Shown: in pieces, positions 39,407 to 48,500 of the stretch
How positions within the stretch are numbered: the first letter of the stretch is position 1
Layout of the letters: each line of letters opens with the position of its first letter
Virus record (IMG/VR): IMGVR_UViG_3300036828_000142
Coordinates: 1-64,000 of that record
Strand: one strand, 5' to 3'
Length of the DNA: 64,000 bases
From: a virus
The notes under the pieces: generated by a model
The model's database searches: none
The model's input: only the letters and a program-made list of their open reading frames with translations
What the model was told of the DNA's origin: nothing
Position numbers and translations under genes: made by a program

Positions 39407-39805
39407 GTGTCGTTCCAGGGGTGTCTCGTGGACCGTGCGCGGCGGGTCGTGCGAACCCCAACACCAGTGCGGGTGGAGGGCACCACCCAGTTCGAGACGT
39501 TGCACGACCCGTGGTTCAAATGCCGCTTCGTCTACAACGCCGCGCCGGAAGCTGACGACACGCAGGGCGGTCGCCGCCGGGTGCCGCGCACCGGCACGAT
39601 CATGTGCGGGCTGCGCGACCAGGACGGCAACACGCTCGCGATCAACGGCAGCGACCGGCTGGAGGTCAACTCCAGCGAGCTGGGCCGCGCGATCTTCGAG
39701 ATCACGTCCGACGGCGAACCGATCCGCAAGAAGAAGAAGATGCTCGGGTGGATGGCGAACGTCACCAGAGTCGAGGAGCACCAGTTCGAGAGGGCCGAGC
39801 CGTAG
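39407..39805 (+). CDS. Head closure/stopper protein
   Basis: Position, size, beta-rich composition. Confidence 0.6.
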   Translation: MSFQGCLVDRARRVVRTPTPVRVEGTTQFETLHDPWFKCRFVYNAAPEADDTQGGRRRVPRTGTIMCGLRDQDGNTLAINGSDRLEVNSSELGRAIFEITSDGEPIRKKKKMLGWMANVTRVEEHQFERAEP

Positions 39806-40329
39806 CCGACCAGGTCAGGTTCATCACGAAGTACATCGGGCCGAACCTCTCGGACCTGTTCGACTCCACTCCGGCGGAGCGCGCCGCCAAGCGGATGGCC
39901 AACACCGGTGGCAACAGGCTGCACGAACGGATCAGAGAGAACACGCCGGTTCGCACCGGGGTGCTGCGCGAAAGCTGGCTTCGCACCCCGACCGAGAACA
40001 TCGGCAACCGCTACGAAACCCACGTGCGCACCGAGGTGGACTACGCGCCGTACGTCAACTACGGCACCGGCCTGTGGGGGCCCGAGCACCGCAAGTACCT
40101 GATCGAACCGATCCCCCCGAATCAGCTTCTCTCATGGCGTGACCCGGTGAGCGGGCGCAGAGCATACGCACGCTACGTGTGGCATCCCGGCAGCCCCCCG
40201 GCGCACATGATCGAGTACGGCGCAGCGAAGACCGAATCGGAGCTGGGCACGATCATGGACGGCGACCTGCAACTGTTCAAGACCGAGATGGAGGCGCTTG
40301 CGGTCAGCGCGCAAGCACGCTCGCATTGA
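39802..40329 (+). CDS. HK97 gp10-like neck/tail-completion protein (start uncertain)
   Basis: TPVRTGVLRESW...YAPYVNYGTG. Confidence 0.8.
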   Translation, partial: VADQVRFITKYIGPNLSDLFDSTPAERAAKRMANTGGNRLHERIRENTPVRTGVLRESWLRTPTENIGNRYETHVRTEVDYAPYVNYGTGLWGPEHRKYLIEPIPPNQLLSWRDPVSGRRAYARYVWHPGSPPAHMIEYGAAKTESELGTIMDGDLQLFKTEMEALAVSAQARSH

Positions 40330-40898
40330 GCACCACGACACCACCGCTTGACTCGGGCCGGGCGCACCAGGACGCGCTGCGTAGCGTCAAGCGCTACGTC
40401 GCCGTCGCGCTCGGCGACGACTGGGAAGTGCGGATCTCCCGCGAGGAGGGAGCGTTTGCGAGGCCGTTCGCTCGCGTCTGGCAGGTTGCCGGGACAACGT
40501 ACCCGCTGACCGGCGGGCGGTGGGTCGCGGACATGGTCCAGCCGTTCGTGGTCGCCGCCTACCCGGAGCAGGGTCGTAACCCGGACGAGGCGCTGCTGAA
40601 AGCGCAGCGGGTCGAGAACTGCCTGTACCGCGCGTTCCGCGTCGGCGTCGAGAACGGCCGGGCGATGCGCGTGCCGCTGTACAACTACTACCACACGAAG
40701 AACTGGGACCAGGGCGTGTGGTACCCGAGGGCGTTCATGCGCGTCAATGACCTCTCCACCCAGCCGTTCGTGGACCCGGACGAGGACACGCTGTGGGCTG
40801 TGATGTGCGACGTGCGGCTGGCGTGGCGGCGGGTCGCTGAGACGATCCCCGACTCCCCGATCCTGGAGAGCGTGCAAGTAATCCCATCTGTGGGATGA
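40326..40898 (+). CDS. Tail terminator-like protein
   Basis: Position before sheath; TTGA coupling. Confidence 0.6.
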   Translation: MSTTTPPLDSGRAHQDALRSVKRYVAVALGDDWEVRISREEGAFARPFARVWQVAGTTYPLTGGRWVADMVQPFVVAAYPEQGRNPDEALLKAQRVENCLYRAFRVGVENGRAMRVPLYNYYHTKNWDQGVWYPRAFMRVNDLSTQPFVDPDEDTLWAVMCDVRLAWRRVAETIPDSPILESVQVIPSVG

Positions 40899-40911
40899 GC
40901 AAGATCGCGCC

Positions 40912-41517
40912 TTAGCTTCGCAGGGGGCAGCTCCGGTAGTTGTGATCGGGCTGGTGGCAGACAGAGCACCGTTGCGATCCGCTGCGCCCACCCTGCGGAC
41001 AGGTCAGGACGTTGTGACCCGTTCCTCCGCACCCGCTGCATCTCCACGGCTCGAACAGGGGCCCACGCTCCGCTGGGAGCGGATGTCCTCTGCCGCGCAT
41101 CGTGACTCCCGCCTGATGCAGCATTCTGATCACTTCGCTATGTGGTCTTTGTAGGACCGTTCCGATTGCTGGGGTTGCCATCCCTTGTTCGTATAGCTCG
41201 ATTGCCTGCTTGCAGTCCAGGTTCCGCTGTGCAGTTTGCGCCGCGATACGGGCGAGGTGCGCGTCGGCGCACGCCTGGCAGTTCTGGCTCGGCACACGGC
41301 GCGGGTCTGTGCGTGCGTGGCCGCAACGATGCCAGTCGTGGGGGTGGGTTAGCCCGGCTGCGGCAAGCGCCGCTCTCCAGCTACCGAAACGTGCCTGAAC
41401 GACTCGTAGGCTGGGTCGCCAACGTGCTCGATCCCACTCCACGCTGGTGGGTGCGCGAGCGTTCACCGCGTGCTGCTGTAGCGCCGTGATGATGTCCGCG
41501 TTCGTGTAGTAGTCCAT
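40912..41517 (-). CDS. Homing-endonuclease-associated-repeat protein with HTH and two CCHC zinc knuckles
   Basis: PS......RFGSWRAALAAAGL; AIELYEQG...IG..L; CSGCGGTGHNVLTC and CSVCHQPDHNYRSC. Confidence 0.7.
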   Translation of the reverse strand: MDYYTNADIITALQQHAVNARAPTSVEWDRARWRPSLRVVQARFGSWRAALAAAGLTHPHDWHRCGHARTDPRRVPSQNCQACADAHLARIAAQTAQRNLDCKQAIELYEQGMATPAIGTVLQRPHSEVIRMLHQAGVTMRGRGHPLPAERGPLFEPWRCSGCGGTGHNVLTCPQGGRSGSQRCSVCHQPDHNYRSCPLRS

Positions 41518-41548
41518 TTGGGGGCATCGTTCCAGATGGCGCGGACTG

Positions 41549-41588
41549 AATCCGTTTGCTGTGTTGGCTGTGAGTGCGCTTAGTATCG
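41549..41588 (+). promoter_or_regulatory. Putative late promoter (AATCCGTTTG-N20-CTTAGTATCG)
   Basis: Matches 35134-35173. Confidence 0.6.
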
Positions 41589-41631
41589 GCTCCAGCCCGC
41601 CCTGTGGGGTTCACAGAGAGGAGCACACGAG

Positions 41632-41913
41632 GTGTCAACGGAATCACCAGAGCCGGAAGCTGCGCACACGTCAGCGCGCAGTAGCAAGAGCAAGCAGGAG
41701 CAGACCACCAAGGCGGCTGAGACGGGCGCACCGAGCCTGCCTGACATGCCGGTCAGCCAGTTGATCGAGGGCGCGACCGCGTACCTCGGGTGCTCGTCGT
41801 GGACAGCAAAGGGCGCGCTACGCGAGCACGAGCCCGACGAGATGATGAGCGTGGACGCGGCCAAGGCCGAGATCGAGAAGTGGCGCACGACGCCACTGGA
41901 TAAGGGGGAGTAA
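41632..41913 (+). CDS. Small pre-sheath protein
   Basis: GAGGAG RBS; typical position in contractile-tail operons. Confidence 0.65.
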   Translation: MSTESPEPEAAHTSARSSKSKQEQTTKAAETGAPSLPDMPVSQLIEGATAYLGCSSWTAKGALREHEPDEMMSVDAAKAEIEKWRTTPLDKGE

Positions 41914-41916
41914 CGG

Positions 41917-43401
41917 ATGCCTGGTTCGTTCTCCAAGGACGCGCGGCCGGTCAGGCCAGGCGCGTACTTCAACTGGGAGGCGCAGCCGACCACCACGATC
42001 CCGCCGAACATCGGCTCGGTCGTGGCGCTGGCCATCATCCACGACTGGGGTCCGACCGAGCAGATCGTTCCGTGCCTGTCGCTCGGGGATTTCCAATCGA
42101 AGTTCGGGCCGTCCACCGATACCCCCGGCTACGCGGCGGTGATGCAGTGCTTCAAGGGTGAGGGTGTCGGCGGTCGCGGTGGCGCTGGCGAGGTTCTCGC
42201 CTACCGGATGATCGGGGCGTCTGCCGCAGCGGGCACCATCGACCTCGACAACTCGTCTTCGGCTGCTGCGATGAAGCTGACGGCGCTGTACGACGGGTCC
42301 TACAGCGACAACCTCGGGGTGCGGGTGCGCGTCTCCAGCGTGATCACGAGCACCGACGTGCTGATCACCCTGAACGGCACGATCATCGAGCAGCACACAG
42401 CCGACGCTTCGGGCACCACGCCGATCCAGACGATGGTCGATCAGATCAACCAGACCTCGAAGTGGGTCACGGCCGAGGTGACGACAGACGGTACCGCGCT
42501 GGACACCACGACCCCTAGCCAGATCCAACCGTTCGCCGGTGGCGACGACGGCGCGACGCTGCTGCCCGCCGACTGGATGGACACGCTCGACGCGCTGAGC
42601 GCCGCGCGCTTCTCGCTGTTCGCCCCGTTCGACCTGACGGACTCCTCGATCCTGGCGTCAGTGCAGACGTGGAGCCAGTCGCTGAACACCACCGGCAAGC
42701 GGTTTATGACCGTGGTCGGCGGCGACCTGACCGACACCGCAACCTCCGCCATCGACCGCTCCACCGCAATGTCGGGGCTGCCGGGCGACGGCGGCGGGGA
42801 GAACATCGTCAACCTGGGCGTCGGGTCGCTGGTAGACGACCAGCTCGGCGAGCTTTCAACCTCGCAGCTCGCGCCGCGCATCGCTGGAATCCTCGCTGCT
42901 CGCGGCGAGTCGATGAGCCTCACGTTCGCCCGCATGCAGGGCACGACCGCCGGGGTGCTGCCTTCGGACTCCGACGTGTCGCTGTGCTTCGACGGTGGCG
43001 TGGTCGTGTTCGGGATGGACTCCAACGCCGCCTCCCCGATCCGTGTCGAGAAGGGCCTGACGACCTACGTCGGCGGCGATGACTCCAAGCCGTACCTGAT
43101 TTACCGCAACCCGAAGTTCGTGCGCACGATGCAAGGGATCGAGACGGACATCACCGACTGGGCGACCGCTTCGGCCATCGGCCTGTTGCAGGTCAACGAC
43201 CAGACCAGAGCGATGGTTGTCGGCTACGGGCACCAGGTGATGGACGCTCGCGCCGGGCTCGGCGTCATCCAGGACGGGTTCACCGTCGGTGTTGACCCGA
43301 TCCCGCCGCCGACTGACGACGACGAGTTCATCGCGGTGGTGTACGGGATCGCGTTCGGCCGCTCGGTCGAGCAGATTTACAACACCGTGTACATAACGTG
43401 A
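41917..43401 (+). CDS. Tail sheath protein
   Basis: RPGAYFN..DWGP; TALYDG..SD; IAGILA..SLTF; IRVEKGLTT. Confidence 0.92.
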   Translation: MPGSFSKDARPVRPGAYFNWEAQPTTTIPPNIGSVVALAIIHDWGPTEQIVPCLSLGDFQSKFGPSTDTPGYAAVMQCFKGEGVGGRGGAGEVLAYRMIGASAAAGTIDLDNSSSAAAMKLTALYDGSYSDNLGVRVRVSSVITSTDVLITLNGTIIEQHTADASGTTPIQTMVDQINQTSKWVTAEVTTDGTALDTTTPSQIQPFAGGDDGATLLPADWMDTLDALSAARFSLFAPFDLTDSSILASVQTWSQSLNTTGKRFMTVVGGDLTDTATSAIDRSTAMSGLPGDGGGENIVNLGVGSLVDDQLGELSTSQLAPRIAGILAARGESMSLTFARMQGTTAGVLPSDSDVSLCFDGGVVVFGMDSNAASPIRVEKGLTTYVGGDDSKPYLIYRNPKFVRTMQGIETDITDWATASAIGLLQVNDQTRAMVVGYGHQVMDARAGLGVIQDGFTVGVDPIPPPTDDDEFIAVVYGIAFGRSVEQIYNTVYIT

Positions 43402-43423
43402 GCTAAGAAGGAGGTGAGCTTCT

Positions 43424-43972
43424 ATGGCTGAGGTTGGATCAAGTGAGGGCCTATATCGCATCTCAGGGATGTACGGCTACGCGATCATGGACGGTTTCGT
43501 GAGAGCGGAGATAACGAACGTGGTAGCGACGATCACGATTGCGAAGGTCGAGATCCCGCTCGTTGGCGCGACCCGCATGGGCATCAAGCCGGGCCGGGAG
43601 ACGCGCGACGGCACGTTCAACATCCAGAAGATCGACACGCACTGGGAGAAGTACATCCACAGCTACATGTCCCAGAGCCTTGCGCAACGCCGGGCGCTGC
43701 GCGGGACGCAGGCGGGCTCGATGCGGTCGTTCTCGATGCAGGTGTGGTTGGACGACCCGGATGCGCTCGGTGCCGAGGTGTGGCAACTCAACGGCTGCAT
43801 GCTGTGGGACCTGCCGTTGGGGTTCGACATCACCGTTGACGTGATCGACCGTTCGCTCAGCTTCGGCTGGGAGACAGAGAAGCCGTTGCAGAGCTTCGAG
43901 ATCATCGAGGGGCAGACAAACCCGATCACCGGCCAGCCCGCGATCCGGTACCTCGACACGCTGAGCGGCTAG
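43424..43972 (+). CDS. Tail tube protein (XkdM-like)
   Basis: ISG.YG...; LDDPDALGAE; follows sheath. Confidence 0.85.
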   Translation: MAEVGSSEGLYRISGMYGYAIMDGFVRAEITNVVATITIAKVEIPLVGATRMGIKPGRETRDGTFNIQKIDTHWEKYIHSYMSQSLAQRRALRGTQAGSMRSFSMQVWLDDPDALGAEVWQLNGCMLWDLPLGFDITVDVIDRSLSFGWETEKPLQSFEIIEGQTNPITGQPAIRYLDTLSG

Positions 43973-43979
43973 GTCCGTC

Positions 43980-44447
43980 GTGATCGTTGATTACGAGAGG
44001 GACGCCTGGCTCGCCGGATTCGCTGACGGCGAGGGCTGTTTCATGCTGGTGCAGAAGCGCCAGGATGTTCAGCAAGGAGGCAAGATCGTCCGGTATGACG
44101 TGATCGGCGTGCAGCCGTGGTTCCAGCTTGGACTACGGGCCGACGACCACGCTGTGCTGTTGACGCTTTCGGAGGTCTTCGGCGGGTGCGTGAACTACGC
44201 ACGACGCGCCGACGGAGACGCAAGGAGAGCGCGGCAGATTTGGACGGTCAGCGGCAAGGCCGACCTCCAACGACTCGTGGACTACTTCGAGCGCTTCCCA
44301 TTGCGTACGAAGAAGGCCCGTGACTTCGAGGTTTGGCGACAGGCGGTCGATATCTACTGTGCCGAGGGCGCTCGTGATAGCAGGCTCCCCCCGCTACGGC
44401 AGGCACTGATGGAAGGCCGCGCGTTCATCGAACAGGTAGCTGCCTGA
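43980..44447 (+). mobile_element. Free-standing LAGLIDADG homing endonuclease
   Basis: WLAGFADGEGCF; DYFERFPLRTKKARDF..W. Confidence 0.9.
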
Positions 44448-44653
44448 TGATCGTGGACTATGAAAGAGCCTGGCTGGAGTTGAAAGCCTATGTCGTGGAG
44501 AAGAACTCGCACGGTCAACGGGACCTTCTCTCAAAGATGAGCCGCATCGAGGTGCAGTGCCGCCTGCCTGAAGGCGAGCGCAACTTCGACCCGACCCCCC
44601 TGGAACAACGGCCCTCTGCACGAGCACTCCGCGAGGTGACGCGGCATGGCTGA
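44447..44653 (+). CDS. Hypothetical protein (probable endonuclease target gene)
   Basis: N-terminus MIVDYERAWL duplicates that of the endonuclease. Confidence 0.65.
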   Translation: MIVDYERAWLELKAYVVEKNSHGQRDLLSKMSRIEVQCRLPEGERNFDPTPLEQRPSARALREVTRHG

Positions 44654-44698
44654 TCTGTCAAACCGTCGCGAGGCCATGCGCCCCGAAGGAGCAGTCCC

Positions 44699-45328
44699 AT
44701 GCCAGACACTGAGGACGTTCGCGTCCAAGAGCCTCCTGAGCCGCCCCAGCGGCCCGTAGCAGGCCGTCAACGGCAGCAGGAGCAGGAGCAGGCGCTGCCG
44801 CCACCGACCGCCCTTAGGGGGCGGGAGGAGCGCTCACAGGACGAGGAGCGCACCACGTCGGAGGTGCTGGCGGAACTCGCCGCCGACAAGCAGGTGTCCG
44901 AGAGCGAGGTGACCTCCGCGCTGGAGTGGTTCCTGTCGGAGGAGCCCGACGAGGAAGCCGAGCCGACGCACGTCATCGAGATCAACGTCGGGGTGGGTGA
45001 CAACCCGAAGTGGGTGCAGTGGATCGTCCGGCCCGTGGACTCCGACGAGCTGCGCCGGATTCAGCGCACCACGTCAGCGCTGCGTCGTCGTGGCCGTCAG
45101 GACGACCTCGCTATCGACCAGCTCGGGAACCTGAAGGTGATCATGGCCGGGTCTGTCGATCCTGACGTGGAAGCGCTCGCGCGGAGTCGCGGCGTCACGC
45201 CGGAGGCGCTGCTCCAGACGCAGTTCCGCCGCAAGCCTGGGCTGATCGCCCAGCTCGCGAACCAGATCATGGCTCTGTCCGGGTTCGATGACGAGGACGT
45301 GCGGGACGCGCTGAGCGCAAAAAACTGA
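44699..45328 (+). CDS. Tail assembly chaperone (XkdN/gpG-like)
   Basis: Precedes tape measure; PG.IAQL..QI..LSGF...AKN*. Confidence 0.85.
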   Translation: MPDTEDVRVQEPPEPPQRPVAGRQRQQEQEQALPPPTALRGREERSQDEERTTSEVLAELAADKQVSESEVTSALEWFLSEEPDEEAEPTHVIEINVGVGDNPKWVQWIVRPVDSDELRRIQRTTSALRRRGRQDDLAIDQLGNLKVIMAGSVDPDVEALARSRGVTPEALLQTQFRRKPGLIAQLANQIMALSGFDDEDVRDALSAKN

Positions 45329-45585
45329 TCAAGGCCGGGGGCGAAGCACAGATGCTGTTCCTGGCCTGGAGGTACGGCGGTGAGGACCCCTATAGGACGT
45401 ACAACGGCCTTGACGTGGACTACCGCCCGCTCGGCCATCCAGACCAGGAGCCGCGTTTGCCGCGCTACCCATCGCGGCTGCGGCACTTCCTGTACGGCGC
45501 GGGGCTGTACGCCTCCGAGATCGAAGCGAAGCTCGCTGCCGGTGGCCAGACCGCGAGGGTCGCGAAGGCGATGGGGAGGGGCTAG
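45319..45585 (+). CDS. -1 frameshift extension of the tail chaperone (gpGT-like)
   Basis: A-AAA-AAC slippery heptamer at 45319-45325; -1 frame open through ORF 45352-45585. Confidence 0.8.
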   Translation, partial: KKLIKAGGEAQMLFLAWRYGGEDPYRTYNGLDVDYRPLGHPDQEPRLPRYPSRLRHFLYGAGLYASEIEAKLAAGGQTARVAKAMGRG

Positions 45586-45588
45586 CTA

Positions 45589-48500
45589 GTGGCCGTCAGC
45601 CTCGAAGCGACGTTCATCCTCGTTGACAAGGCGTCGTCAAAGCTGAAGGAGATCGCGGCGCAGGCGAAGCTGACCGACAAGGCGCTGCGGGACATGGGCG
45701 GCGGCGGCAGCACCGGCATGGCTGGGTACCAGCGAACGTTCGCGCCTGTGACTCAGGGCATCGGCAAGATCACCTCGGCCACCGAGGACCTGAACGCTGC
45801 GACCAAGGACACGCAGAAGACAGCGGACGACACCAGCAAAACGGTGCGGGTGCTGGGCATGAACTTCGACCGCACGAGAGGGCTGCTCAGCAACCTCACG
45901 TCCCAGTTCCGCAAACACCGTGACGAGTCCGGGCGGCTGTCGGGCATCTTCAAAACGCTCATAGGCCACGTCACGAACTTCGGCAAGGGGATCGACAACG
46001 CCGCGCGGAACATGCTGAAGAACCACCCGGCGCTGGTCAACTTCGCATCGAGCCTCGGCGGGGTCGCCGGAGGGGTGAAGGGGCTCGTCACCGCGCTGCC
46101 GCTGCTGGCGACCGCTGCTATCGCGGCGGCACCGGCGATAGTCGCGCTCGGCGGTGCGATTGGTGCGCTCGCGGGGTCGCTCAGCTTCGCGGCTGGTGGC
46201 GGGGCGCTACTCGGCGGCGGGCTGCTCGGCAGCTTCGCGGTGGGGCTCGGCTCCGTCGTGGCTGTCGCGAAACCCGCGATCACGCAGCTAACGAACTACC
46301 GCAAGGCTGTGACGCAGCTCCAGACGGCGGAGCAGACGGGGAACGTGACGGCGATCAAGACCGCCCAGACGCGGCTCGATGCGATCAGCAAGCTGAACCC
46401 TGGCGTCCAGCAGCTCTCCCAGAACCTGAGCGGGATGGAAGCGGCGTGGAAGAAAGCGACCGCGCCCGGCCGCGCCGCGTTCTTCGACCTGGCGAACACC
46501 GCTATCGGCACGTTGCGCAAGAACATGGGGTTCTTCGCGACCGAGGCGGACAAGAACACCAAGGCGGTCGCGGACGCTTTCAAGAAGAACCTCGGGCCGC
46601 TCGTGGACACGCTCAAGCCGATGGTCACGATGCTCGGGAGCATCTTCCGCACGAACCTGCCCGGCTTCATGGCCGGGGTCACGAACATCTTCAGGGGGCT
46701 CTCGAACATCCTGAAGGTCCTGGAGCCGCAGCTCAAAACGTTCGGTGGCGGCTTTGACCGCATGACGAAACGGTTCGATGAGTGGACCAGCTCAGCCAAG
46801 GGCCGGTCGTCAATCAAGCTGATGGGCGAGGAGTTCAAGCAGTGGGGGCGCATCCTCGGTGGGGTCGCGCGCATCCTCGGTGACGTGCTCGGAGCCGGAG
46901 CCCGCGCGAGCCAGGGAACCATCAAGAACTGGGCGGACTCGATCCAGAAGTTCGCCAACGCGCTGGGTGGCAAGGGCGGCACCAAGGGTGTCCAGAACTT
47001 CTTCCAGGAGGCGATGAAGAACGCCGGGAAGCTCGTCAAGCCGCTGGAGAACATCGCCAAGTCGCTCGCTCAGATGTACACGATCTACAAGCCGTTCGGA
47101 AACGTGCTGATCAGCGTGCTCGGCAAGTTCCCGCCAGCCCTGATCACCGGCCTGGCGACGGTGTTCCTGGCTTCAAAAGCGGCGATTGGCGCGAAGGCGG
47201 GGTACAGCGGCGTGCGCGGCGCGCTGTCCGGCTTTGCGGGCAAGGGCACACCAACGGACCCGATGTGGGTCAGGATCATCGGCAGCGGCGGCTCAGGGCT
47301 CAGCGGGCTTACCTCGACCAAGGAGGAGGCGGTAGCCGAGCAAGAAGCGAAGGGCGGGTTCTTTAGCCGGATGAGGAGCCGTGTCGGCGGCCTGTTCGGA
47401 CGAGGCACGGCAGCGGAGACGGCGGTCAGCGAAGCAGAGCCGCTGCTCGCCTCTGGCGTGGCGGCGGAGGGTGGTGGGCTGTTCTCCAAGCTGCTTGGTG
47501 GAGCCAAGGGGCTGTTCAGTGGCGGCGCGTTGATGCGCGGTCTTCGCGGCGGGGCCACCGGGCTTGCGCTGTCGGCTGGGATTCCGCTGGTCGAATCGCT
47601 GCTTCCCAAGGGCGTCAAGAACGTGCTGAACACGAAGGTCGGCAGAGGGCTCACAACGGTCGGTACGGACGCGGCGACTGGTTTGGCAATTGGCGGTCCG
47701 TGGGGCGCGGCGGCAGGCGCGGCGCTCGGTGGCGTCCAGGCGATGGGGTGGAACCCGCTCTCCGCGAAGGGGCGCGACAAGTTCGTCAAGGACATGGGCA
47801 CCATGTGGGGCGGGATCAAGAAGGGCGCGGGTGCCGCGTGGTCGGGGATCACCAGCGTCGCCGGTACCGCTGCCGGGTTCGTCAAGAAGCACTGGGAGAT
47901 CGCCGGGGCGCTCGCCGGACCCATCGGGCTTGGTGTCACCGAGGGGATCAAGCACTTCGGGGCGATCAAGAAGTTCGCGTCGGGCATCCCCAGCTTCTTC
48001 AGCCACATCTTCGGCGGGCTCGCGGGGATCATCACCGCTCCGTTCAAAGCAGCGTTCGGGTTCCTGTCAGGGCTGCCGAGCAAGATCGGCGGGGTCGCGA
48101 AGAACATCGGCAAGGCAGCCTGGGGCGGGATCAAGTCCGGCGCGCAAACGGTCGCGCACGCTGCCAGTGGCGGCTTCCACGCGGCCACCCACGCGGTCGG
48201 TGGGGCTGTCAGCGGTGGGCTCCATGCCATCTCTAGCTTCTTCGGGGCGGACGGCGGCAGGGTGCCGTTCTCCGCGCCGGTCCTGGTCGGCGAAGCGGGG
48301 CCCGAGGTGCTGCACCTGCCGACCGGCTCGCGGGTGACGCCGCTGAGCGGCCCGCACGCGGGTGGGTCGTGGCCGATGTTCGGGATGCAGACCGGGTCGC
48401 CGGTGCGACTGCCGCAACCAGGCCCAACCCCTGGCGGCGGTGGACTTGGTGGAGGTCTGGGAGGAGTCCTCGGGGTTGACCTGTCGCCGCAGGGAATCGG

